IMG/VR virus record: IMGVR_UViG_2974508059_000001
Coordinates: 160,001-224,000 of that record
Direction: 5' to 3' (one strand)
From: a virus
Taxonomy: Duplodnaviria > Caudoviricetes
DNA length: 64,000 nt
Shown piece after piece: positions 56,082 to 64,000 of this stretch. The first letter of the stretch is position 1. Every line of letters begins with the position of its first letter. The notes beneath the pieces were generated by a model. It was not told the DNA's origin, made no database searches, and saw only the letters and a program-made list of their open reading frames with translations. Position numbers and translations under genes: made by a program.

Positions 56082-59000
56082 ATGCTGCAGATTCGCCAAT
56101 TCAACCAACACTTCTCGATTCGTAAAACGGATGAGTACAGCACCCCGCGTATCATCCCGCTTGAGAAGTTGCAGATCCCTCGCGGCTCTGTACTCCACAC
56201 GGTCGACCTCGACCAAGTGGTATTGGCACCACCCAGCACCCTGCCGTACTTCAAGGAGCTGACCAAGCCTGCTCAGGTACGCCACCATTACCGTCTGGCA
56301 ACAGACGGCATTACCGGGAAACCTATCCCGGTGCCGGTACAAGGCCAAGAGCGGGCTATTCTGGCGTACCACCGTGAGAACCGTACCTTCCGTCGGATGC
56401 AGTCTGATGAGCTTGTGCGTCGTGATGACCTGACCCTGCTTATTGAGAACTACACCCCGCTGCTGCCGCACTACCGTTATGCCGACACCCTGCTGAGCTG
56501 GTATGACCGTCTGCACAACGTGGTCGTGACCATTGCGGAGCAGATGAAGTACGACACTAACGAGTACACCCGTCAGAACTACTACATTCTGAATGTGGGC
56601 TCTCGTCTGCCAGCGTTTGAGAAGTTCAAGAACACCTACAACGATCGTATCAAAACCCGTCTGGAGCATTTTCAGACCTTCGATCTGCAGTGGCTGTTAG
56701 AGCTGTTTGCTTGGGCACACGGCGAGCAAGAGCTGTCGGTGTTTGCCGGCATGGACTTCTCCCAATTGTCACGCATGAACTTCATCATTACCCACAACAC
56801 CGGTTTCACCGTGATGAACATGGGTGTGGTGGAGCGTATGCGTAAGGACTCGGGCGGTCGTTTCAACGACGACATGATGGCCCGTAAGTTCCACAAACTG
56901 ATTGCACAGGTGTTGACCCGTAACCCAGACCCGGTTGCTGATATCGACTTCGTAAGCCCAAGCGGTGAAGAAGTCACGCTTATCGAATCGGCTGCACCGC
57001 AGGGCAACATCGACGGCTTGGACGATGAAGCGGATCTTGAAGACGCGGAAATCACCGAAGACGATGACCACTTCGATGAGAAAGCCGATTTGGTTATTCA
57101 GGAGAAAGTCGAGGACGTCAAGCCGACCACCATTACGGTTGAGAAAGCCATTGACCACGGACAAATCATCAAGAACGAAGTTGCTCGACTGGCTGAGGCG
57201 GGCCGCCTGTCAGTGAAAGCCTTCACCTTCTTGAATGAGTCGTCTGAGCGATTTGTTTCTCTGCCAAACCCGTATGACAAAACGGGCAAAGAGACTTACG
57301 GTGATGCTCTGAAGTACACCGAAGCCGATTTGAAAGTGGAAGCCAAAACACTGGTTAAAAATCCCACCGTCATGACAGAAGCATGGACGCAGAACACCAC
57401 CGATGCGATGACGAAGAAGTACAACCGCACTATGCTCCCAAAAGACATCTTGGGTGCTGTTGCGTCGTCTCAGCGTTTGGGTCTCGTGGTTCACAACCAC
57501 ACCGTGGATAAAGAAGTGGCTGTCACGGGTAACGTCGAACACCACACACTCCGTCTCCAGCCAGTGGGCGGGGAACCTGTAACGGTCCGTTTCAGTGTTC
57601 CTTCCCTGACAGAAGATGGTACGTGGATGGCGAACGGCACCGAATACACCATGCGTCGTCAGCGTGTTGATATTCCTATCCGTAAGGTTAACTTTGATAC
57701 CGTGGCCCTCACAACGGCGTACGGCAAAAACTTTGTTTCCCGCTCTGAGAAGGCAGTAAACGATTACGGTCGCTGGATAACCAACGCTATCATTACGCGT
57801 GCGGTTGATCCGAAGAACACCGAAATCACCGATGCGAAGTTGGCTAACGTGTTCAACCCGGAACTGACACTCCCACGTCAGTACACCATGGTTGCGCGTC
57901 GTGTGTCGACCTTTAACGCCATCGGTTACCGCTGGAACTTTGAACATGCGGTGCGCGATAGCTTCTTTGGTGAAGCAGTCGTGAAAGACCTTGAGAAGAA
58001 AGACCTTGTACCTGTGGCTACCGGACGCGGTGGTGTACTGGGCATGGACGAACACTCTCAGGTTTACCGTGTCAAGGGTGACAGCGTTGAGCCACTGGGT
58101 TCTTTGGCCGATACCTTGGGTATCGATCAGGTGAAAGCCCCACGTGAGGTCAGTGAGTTGTCGATTATGGGCCAGAGCCTATCGCTCGGGTTTGTGTTCT
58201 CCTTCTATCTCGGGTTAACCGGGATGCTAAAACACTTCGGGATTCGCTACGAGGTGTTACCGCCGGGCCAACGTGTCGATAAGACCACGTTTGATTCGGT
58301 GATTCGTTTAGCGGATGCGAAGATTGTCGTGATGTGTGACAACGACAAACAACGCATGGTCGTCAATGGGCTTGACAAGTACCTGAAACACTTGGTGATG
58401 TATACCGAGTCGGAAGTGGAACGTGAAGATATCTACCTGAACCTGATTCGCGATGCAGACAGCCTCACCCCGAGGTACGTCAATGAGCTGAAACAAATGC
58501 GGTCCGCGTTTGTCGATGACATGCACGCCCGAATCCTGCGTCAGATGGGTGAGCCAGAGACGTTCATTGGTTTGCTGGAGCGCAGTAATGAGCTGCTGCA
58601 GACCGACCACTCGAAGCCGGAGATTAACGGTGACGAGATGATGTTTGTTGGCAACCAGCGTATTGCTTACCACGTTTATACGGCGTTGGTTCGTGCGATG
58701 CGTAACTATCAAAACGCGCCGGGCTCGTCTCGTAAGTTCGAGCTGCCTCAAGACATGGTGTGGGGTGCTATTAACTCCGACCCGTCTGTGCTGCTCGCAC
58801 CGGGAGCGAACCCGATTCAGAACATTAAAGAGAAGGACGTGATTACCATGGGAGGTACGGGAGGCCGTAACCGAAAAACCATGGTGTACCACACGCGTGA
58901 ATTCCAGCCCAGCGACTTGGGTGTGGTATCAGGCAACACCGTCGATAACGGTGATGTGGGTATTACTGCGTTCTCCACTGCCAACCCGTGCTACGCCACG

Positions 59001-60254
59001 GTGGATGGTATCACCGCACCACGTAACGTAAAGGACCTGCAACCGGGACAGCTGCTGTCATTCATTGATGGCCTCGCCCCCGACACCTTGATGGACGATG
59101 CGAAGCGTCAGAACTTCGTCGGTATCCAATGGGGTTCCGCTATGGCTTGTGTGGGTGCGACCACGCTGCCGTATCGAACCGAAATGGAGAAACTCGTGGC
59201 TCACCGTACGTCGGTGAAGCACGCCCGTGTGGCTGAACAAGCCGGTAAAGTGTTGGAGGTCAGCGAAGACCACATCAAAATTAAGTACGACGACGGCAGT
59301 GAAGTGTCGTTTGAATTGGGTCGTTGGTTTGGTGCCCACGAGGGGAGCAATTACCCTCACACCTTAATCACCGATTTCAAGGTCGGCGATAAGTTCCCAG
59401 AAGGCACGGTTGTGACCTTCAACGAACAACACTTCGAGCGTGACCTGATGGACAGAACGCAGGTTAACTTGAAGAACGGTATCGTCGGTTGGATGGCACT
59501 CATTGAGGGTGAGGAGGTTATCGAGGACTCCAACGCAATTTCTGCACACGCAGCGCGACTGATGGCGGCAGACGTTACAAAGGCGAAAGAAGTCACCGTA
59601 CGCTTCGACCAAAACATCATGGAAATCCTCAAGGAGGGCGACCATGTTGATGTCGACAGTATCCTATGCACCTTCAATGACCAAATGTCTGACGACTCTG
59701 CGTCCTTTAGCGAAGAATCGGCAGCGACACTGTACGGTCTGAGTGCGTATGCGCCACAAGCAGGTCTGCGTGGGTTTATTGACAAAATCGAAGTCGTCTA
59801 CCACGGCGATATCGAGGACATGTCCCCGAGCATTACCTCACTGGTGCAGAAATACGACCGCGTTCGCAAGAAGCGAGCCACCGCACTGAGCAAGGACGAC
59901 GTCCCTACCTCAGGCAGCGTAAACGGCGACTACCGTGTTGATGGTGTCCCACTGGCTTACCAAAATGCGGTGATTAAGTTTTACATCACCCATCGGGTTG
60001 ACATGGCAGCAGCGGATAAGTTGGTCTTGGCCAACCAGCTAAAAACCACCGTCTACCAAGTCATGCCCGGTGAGAACCACACCGAGGCGGGCGACCTGAT
60101 TGATTTCAAATTCGGTCGTACGTCAGTTGATGCGCGTATCGTTGGGTCGGTCATTAAAATCGGCACGACGAACGGGGCGTCATTAAAAGGTGGTGAGTGG
60201 GTCGGTCGCATCTTAGAGGGTGAAGCCCCGCCTAAGTTGCCTAGCAAAGTGTAA
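56082..60254 (+). CDS. Virion RNA polymerase beta subunit (phiKZ gp178-like)
   Basis: 1390 aa; NGTEY, DDAKRQNF, IEDS, DKLVLANQLKT motifs; adjacent to the DxDGD subunit. Confidence 0.88.
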   Translation: MLQIRQFNQHFSIRKTDEYSTPRIIPLEKLQIPRGSVLHTVDLDQVVLAPPSTLPYFKELTKPAQVRHHYRLATDGITGKPIPVPVQGQERAILAYHRENRTFRRMQSDELVRRDDLTLLIENYTPLLPHYRYADTLLSWYDRLHNVVVTIAEQMKYDTNEYTRQNYYILNVGSRLPAFEKFKNTYNDRIKTRLEHFQTFDLQWLLELFAWAHGEQELSVFAGMDFSQLSRMNFIITHNTGFTVMNMGVVERMRKDSGGRFNDDMMARKFHKLIAQVLTRNPDPVADIDFVSPSGEEVTLIESAAPQGNIDGLDDEADLEDAEITEDDDHFDEKADLVIQEKVEDVKPTTITVEKAIDHGQIIKNEVARLAEAGRLSVKAFTFLNESSERFVSLPNPYDKTGKETYGDALKYTEADLKVEAKTLVKNPTVMTEAWTQNTTDAMTKKYNRTMLPKDILGAVASSQRLGLVVHNHTVDKEVAVTGNVEHHTLRLQPVGGEPVTVRFSVPSLTEDGTWMANGTEYTMRRQRVDIPIRKVNFDTVALTTAYGKNFVSRSEKAVNDYGRWITNAIITRAVDPKNTEITDAKLANVFNPELTLPRQYTMVARRVSTFNAIGYRWNFEHAVRDSFFGEAVVKDLEKKDLVPVATGRGGVLGMDEHSQVYRVKGDSVEPLGSLADTLGIDQVKAPREVSELSIMGQSLSLGFVFSFYLGLTGMLKHFGIRYEVLPPGQRVDKTTFDSVIRLADAKIVVMCDNDKQRMVVNGLDKYLKHLVMYTESEVEREDIYLNLIRDADSLTPRYVNELKQMRSAFVDDMHARILRQMGEPETFIGLLERSNELLQTDHSKPEINGDEMMFVGNQRIAYHVYTALVRAMRNYQNAPGSSRKFELPQDMVWGAINSDPSVLLAPGANPIQNIKEKDVITMGGTGGRNRKTMVYHTREFQPSDLGVVSGNTVDNGDVGITAFSTANPCYATVDGITAPRNVKDLQPGQLLSFIDGLAPDTLMDDAKRQNFVGIQWGSAMACVGATTLPYRTEMEKLVAHRTSVKHARVAEQAGKVLEVSEDHIKIKYDDGSEVSFELGRWFGAHEGSNYPHTLITDFKVGDKFPEGTVVTFNEQHFERDLMDRTQVNLKNGIVGWMALIEGEEVIEDSNAISAHAARLMAADVTKAKEVTVRFDQNIMEILKEGDHVDVDSILCTFNDQMSDDSASFSEESAATLYGLSAYAPQAGLRGFIDKIEVVYHGDIEDMSPSITSLVQKYDRVRKKRATALSKDDVPTSGSVNGDYRVDGVPLAYQNAVIKFYITHRVDMAAADKLVLANQLKTTVYQVMPGENHTEAGDLIDFKFGRTSVDARIVGSVIKIGTTNGASLKGGEWVGRILEGEAPPKLPSKV

Positions 60255-60305
60255 TTAACTCTCTTGGCGGGTCGCTCCCGCCAAGCCATTAACTCCGGAG
60301 TAAAC

Positions 60306-60599
60306 ATGAGCATCCTGGATAGCATTCGTCTACGCAACGGCTTGCCGGTATCGCGTAACAACCAAAGCCGCGAGACGCAGGGTTTCTCTGCTCAGCAGCG
60401 TAAGAACTTTGTCGCCCTCGGCAACACCATTGAACTGGGCACCGAGATTCTGTTTGAACTGCTGCACAAGACCGACGGTCTGAGCGGTTACGTTGGTGAC
60501 CAGCGTTTGTTTAAACGTGACATCGCCGATATGATCGGGGGCAAGCTGGCCGCCCGTATCCAACAGAAAACCAGCACCGATAATGGAGGTGTAGCGTGA
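60306..60599 (+). CDS. Small protein, probably virion
   Basis: GGAG SD; inside the vRNAP-protease operon. Confidence 0.65.
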   Translation: MSILDSIRLRNGLPVSRNNQSRETQGFSAQQRKNFVALGNTIELGTEILFELLHKTDGLSGYVGDQRLFKRDIADMIGGKLAARIQQKTSTDNGGVA

Positions 60600-62056
60600 T
60601 TAACCAATATTCCCTGAACGCTGCCACCAACGCGATGCTGTTGGCAAAGCAAGCTAACCTGCACATCACAGCTGATGAAGGTTCGCCCGTTTCACTGCTG
60701 AACAAAGCAACCCCAAGCGCCACGATTTACGACTCGTCTATCACCGATGAACAGTTTTACCAGAATCTGGCGAACGCGACCAAAGCGCGCAAGCCGACCA
60801 TGGGTACCGGTGAAGAAACGATCGTCGTGGATACTGCCGCGGGCGCTGAAATGCTGCGTGTCGATGACCACGAACCGACCCTGTTCGAACTGAAGAACAT
60901 GGCGGTACAGCGTGTGAACGGTATGGTCGATTTTGGCCGTAACGTGGTCCAGCCGTTTATTGATGACGTGTTGAAGAACATGGACGTGCGTCCGGTTCAG
61001 GACACCTCGGAAGACTGGTCACTGGAACCGGTATCGATGGAAGCCTCTATCGATGACCCGCTGGTGAATGCGCTTATCAACAGCGTGGCCAAACCCACCG
61101 CGTTTGATTTCGTGCGTGAAGCTGCCGGTATTAAAGTGCCGGAAGGTATCGAGCCACCAGTATCGGGTAGCCGTGCGCTGGACGATTTGGTTGCGCGTAT
61201 CCTGAACGAAAAAGGCTGGAGCATTGGTGATGCCCTGAGCCGCATGGTGGAACCGTTTAACGTTTCCCCAGCGAACCCCGATGCCCCGAACTTTGCCAAA
61301 GACCAAGTGCTGTTTATGCTGCTCTCGTCTTACTACGTGGACAACCCGTGGGAAGGCAGCGGCGTAACGGCCAGCAAATGGGAAAACATCCTCAACGGTA
61401 TCTTCTACTCCACCGTGAGCTGGACGTACCTGTTCGCCCAGAACATTGTTGAGCGTGCCCATTCTGGTCAGGTCGTGTACTCGTTCTCCCGTGCGGACAA
61501 AACCGTTTACGTTTGTCAGGAAGCGTTTGACAAGTACCTCGAAGATGGCGGTACCACCGAAGCGCTGCTGGGTGCTATCTACGCCAACGACGAAGGCGAC
61601 ATGAAAGCGTCTCTGCTGGGCTCGTCCATCATTGACCGTCTGGCCCACTACACGCAGGTGTGGGAGCGTCGCTCTTCAGTGAGCCGCATGAAGGAAGACA
61701 CCGATTGGTTATCTGCAAACCGTCAGGCGTTGAAAGCCGCGTTTACTGTTGCGCTGAATAATGCCGACCCGGAAACCTTCGCGCGTAACGCAGCGGACGA
61801 GCTCTTCACACTTGAGCAGATTCGCATCGGGGTGTTCTCCTCTATCGACTATCGCTTCAACCGTGACTGTACGGACATTGCGGCATTCGTTATCCCACTG
61901 ACCGCTGCGGAAGTCTTTGGCGAATACGAAATCAGTAAACTGCTGATGGCGATTCACGAGGGTATGATCAGAAATGATAACCCAGCCGAAGTCGCGTCCG
62001 AGTGGGCAGCGAACTACATCATCGAATGGTTGATGCTGGGTCTGCTGGTTGAATAA
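60596..62056 (+). CDS. Probable virion head protein (phiKZ gp177-like by position)
   Basis: GGAGGT SD, 486 aa. Confidence 0.6.
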   Translation: MINQYSLNAATNAMLLAKQANLHITADEGSPVSLLNKATPSATIYDSSITDEQFYQNLANATKARKPTMGTGEETIVVDTAAGAEMLRVDDHEPTLFELKNMAVQRVNGMVDFGRNVVQPFIDDVLKNMDVRPVQDTSEDWSLEPVSMEASIDDPLVNALINSVAKPTAFDFVREAAGIKVPEGIEPPVSGSRALDDLVARILNEKGWSIGDALSRMVEPFNVSPANPDAPNFAKDQVLFMLLSSYYVDNPWEGSGVTASKWENILNGIFYSTVSWTYLFAQNIVERAHSGQVVYSFSRADKTVYVCQEAFDKYLEDGGTTEALLGAIYANDEGDMKASLLGSSIIDRLAHYTQVWERRSSVSRMKEDTDWLSANRQALKAAFTVALNNADPETFARNAADELFTLEQIRIGVFSSIDYRFNRDCTDIAAFVIPLTAAEVFGEYEISKLLMAIHEGMIRNDNPAEVASEWAANYIIEWLMLGLLVE

Positions 62057-62079
62057 CCTGCCTACACGGGAGGGTTGCC

Positions 62080-62802
62080 ATGAGCGCCATTGAAACAGCA
62101 ACGCGGAATCCCAGTAAGGTGCACGCGGATTTGATGAAGCAAGGCGTGGCGACATTAACCAAAGGGGGGTGTTTCATTTACATCCCCGTTGGTTTCGCAT
62201 CAAAGGAGCTGGCGTTTATTTCCAGCACGGTTGAGATTGTTGGCATGTTTGCTATCAGTACCGACCGTAAAACCTTTGGCGTGAGTAACGTCACAACGCT
62301 GATTGAAATCACCCCTTCCTCTTTTGAGGAAATTACGGTTCACGGCGAGCCGTACTACGAATTCCGATTCGACCCGGGGACGGTAGTATTCCCGAACCGA
62401 CAGCTACAGGTCGTCTCCAACCACGTCTACAACATTGCTTCCTTTGTGTATGACTTTGGTAACCGTCCGTTCTGGATGAACGCGGTGGACGATGCTGAGC
62501 TGCTATCGAATACAAAAAAATGGAATGGCTTCCAAGTATTCGCAGACCAGATTACCGCTGACTGTTATGCTGCACACACACAGCGTACGCTCGGTGACCC
62601 GCGTCAGTTCTTTCGTTATTCGTTGAAGAAGGACTCGGACTTGTTCAAACCTGTCCAGTTCATTCCTCTGCGCGACGGCAGCCTAAACAAAACATCTCGT
62701 TTGGCGAAACTCGCCGACGTTGAATTACGTCGCGGTATTATGTCCGCGCTGTCAGTCGACCCGGTACGAGCCGAACCACTCGAAGATCTCTTTATGCGGT
62801 AA
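62080..62802 (+). CDS. Conserved virion protein (phiKZ gp176-like by position)
   Basis: GGAGG SD; directly upstream of the protease. Confidence 0.6.
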   Translation: MSAIETATRNPSKVHADLMKQGVATLTKGGCFIYIPVGFASKELAFISSTVEIVGMFAISTDRKTFGVSNVTTLIEITPSSFEEITVHGEPYYEFRFDPGTVVFPNRQLQVVSNHVYNIASFVYDFGNRPFWMNAVDDAELLSNTKKWNGFQVFADQITADCYAAHTQRTLGDPRQFFRYSLKKDSDLFKPVQFIPLRDGSLNKTSRLAKLADVELRRGIMSALSVDPVRAEPLEDLFMR

Positions 62803-62814
62803 TCAGGAGCGGTC

Positions 62815-63630
62815 ATGGAAAATTTATCGATGCGTTACAACTGTGTAGCGCTCGCCGGTGTCAACGCCGGGGCTTCACTGCAAAAAGACAGCGACGGCTA
62901 CTACCGCGTGCTGCTGGCGGCGCTGAACGTGTTCAACTCCGAAGGGGTGTTCTACGCGTTCAACGAATCCAAGCACGTGTTCGATCGTTCGAATGTCTTT
63001 ATGCGCAAAGTACAGGCAGGTAACCTCTACGGTGAAGAGGATCACCCACCGTGGGAACAAGGCATGTCGGATTCGGCGTTTATGGAACGCAACGAATGGA
63101 TTGAAACCAAAAACGTTTCACACCACATTCGTGAAGTCGAACTCGTCAACACCACGCAGACCTGTAATGGGATGCCTGTGGTCGAAGTGTGGGGTTGGGT
63201 TAAACCTAACCGTGAACGTGGCCCGCTGTTGGCGGAAGCGCTGGAAAACCCACACCAGAACGTCTGCTTCTCACTGCGTGCCATCGTACGTGAGAAACGT
63301 GTCAACGGTGTTGTCACTCGTCGTATTGACAAGCTCATCACCTTTGACTGGGTTATTGAAGACGGTCTGCAGATCTGTAACAAATACTCCGCGATGCAGC
63401 GTGGCTCTAAAGTCGCGCAAGAATCGACCCGTATGTATTTGGACCGTGTCATCACCCGTGAAGCGCTGGAAGATATCCTTTACAGTGCACGCGAGAAGAC
63501 ACTGGTCGGAACAGAGTCGACCCGTCAGAATCAACTGCGTTCCATCGCAGAGGAATACTTAGGCTTTGCTGCGCAAGCTGAGCAACGCTCTAACTTCCGT
63601 GTGATGGGCTTAGGGACGAAGCGCTGGTAA
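62815..63630 (+). CDS. Prohead serine protease (phiKZ gp175 / SPN3US gp245-like)
   Basis: LYGEEDHP (His), NVCFSLR (Ser), ITFDWV (Asp). Confidence 0.88.
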   Translation: MENLSMRYNCVALAGVNAGASLQKDSDGYYRVLLAALNVFNSEGVFYAFNESKHVFDRSNVFMRKVQAGNLYGEEDHPPWEQGMSDSAFMERNEWIETKNVSHHIREVELVNTTQTCNGMPVVEVWGWVKPNRERGPLLAEALENPHQNVCFSLRAIVREKRVNGVVTRRIDKLITFDWVIEDGLQICNKYSAMQRGSKVAQESTRMYLDRVITREALEDILYSAREKTLVGTESTRQNQLRSIAEEYLGFAAQAEQRSNFRVMGLGTKRW

Positions 63631-64000
63631 TGGACACTTACGCCGCGTCTCTTGAGAAATGGCTTCAGAACCAGATGCCCCGTGTGGCGAAGAAATCAAC
63701 CCTTCGCCTGCTGGACACCCCGCCGCTGCACATCAGCACCGCGCGGATTAAAATGTTCAGCCCACGTATTCCGTTGTCATTAACGAATGATGAAGACAAA
63801 ACCGTTCCGCGGGTTTGTTGTTCAGTAGACTTAGCCCGGTGTCTTGCATCGGCCCGTCACATTCTGAGAACGGATGAACCGCCTCGACAGATTTTCATCT
63901 ACGCGTTTACTGAACGAAGTGTTGTTCAGCCGTCGATAGAACTCAGTCAGGAACCGGTACGTGCTGGGGAAGTGTGGATTGTGCCACATCGCATGGGGAA
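63630..64000 (+). CDS. Probable virion protein (gp174-like by position); truncated
   Basis: TAATG coupling; open frame MDTYAASLEKWLQNQMPR...LHIST...FSPRIP...EDKTVPRVCCS...GEVWIVP to window end. Confidence 0.65.
   Translation, partial: MDTYAASLEKWLQNQMPRVAKKSTLRLLDTPPLHISTARIKMFSPRIPLSLTNDEDKTVPRVCCSVDLARCLASARHILRTDEPPRQIFIYAFTERSVVQPSIELSQEPVRAGEVWIVPHRMG

Noticed and set aside
54459-60254. Possible introns or inteins in RNAP genes
   Set aside because: Frames are continuous, sizes look typical, and no intein termini or homing endonuclease motifs were recognised

Overview
This 64 kb window comes from a lytic jumbo phage of the phiKZ/SPN3US-like, nucleus-forming group (Chimalliviridae-type), probably infecting an enterobacterium. 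It uses the standard genetic code and is densely coding. Core genes recognised from motifs and gene order: a truncated spike-like tail gene, SbcC/Rad50-like ATPase, DEDD exonuclease, RNase H, UvsX/RecA, three virion RNA polymerase subunits, thymidylate synthase, the large tail protein with a lytic transglycosylase domain, a spanin-like pair and the prohead protease. Accessory islands between them hold several paralog arrays and nucleotide/ADP-ribose enzymes (ART-like, macrodomain, NADAR-like, CYTH, an active-looking and a dead-looking MazG). Two recurring promoter-like motifs are visible: AGATAGATRTYAY-N4-GTG and W4-AC-N15-TATG. The most striking item is a stand-alone 63-aa acidic peptide beside thyA, with its own promoter motif and terminator, ending in DEADCEGCKI, which looks like a free copy of the redox-active C-terminal tail of class Ia ribonucleotide reductase alpha subunit. 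No tRNA, rRNA, CRISPR array or mobile element was seen. All homology calls come from motif recognition and recalled synteny, not database searches.
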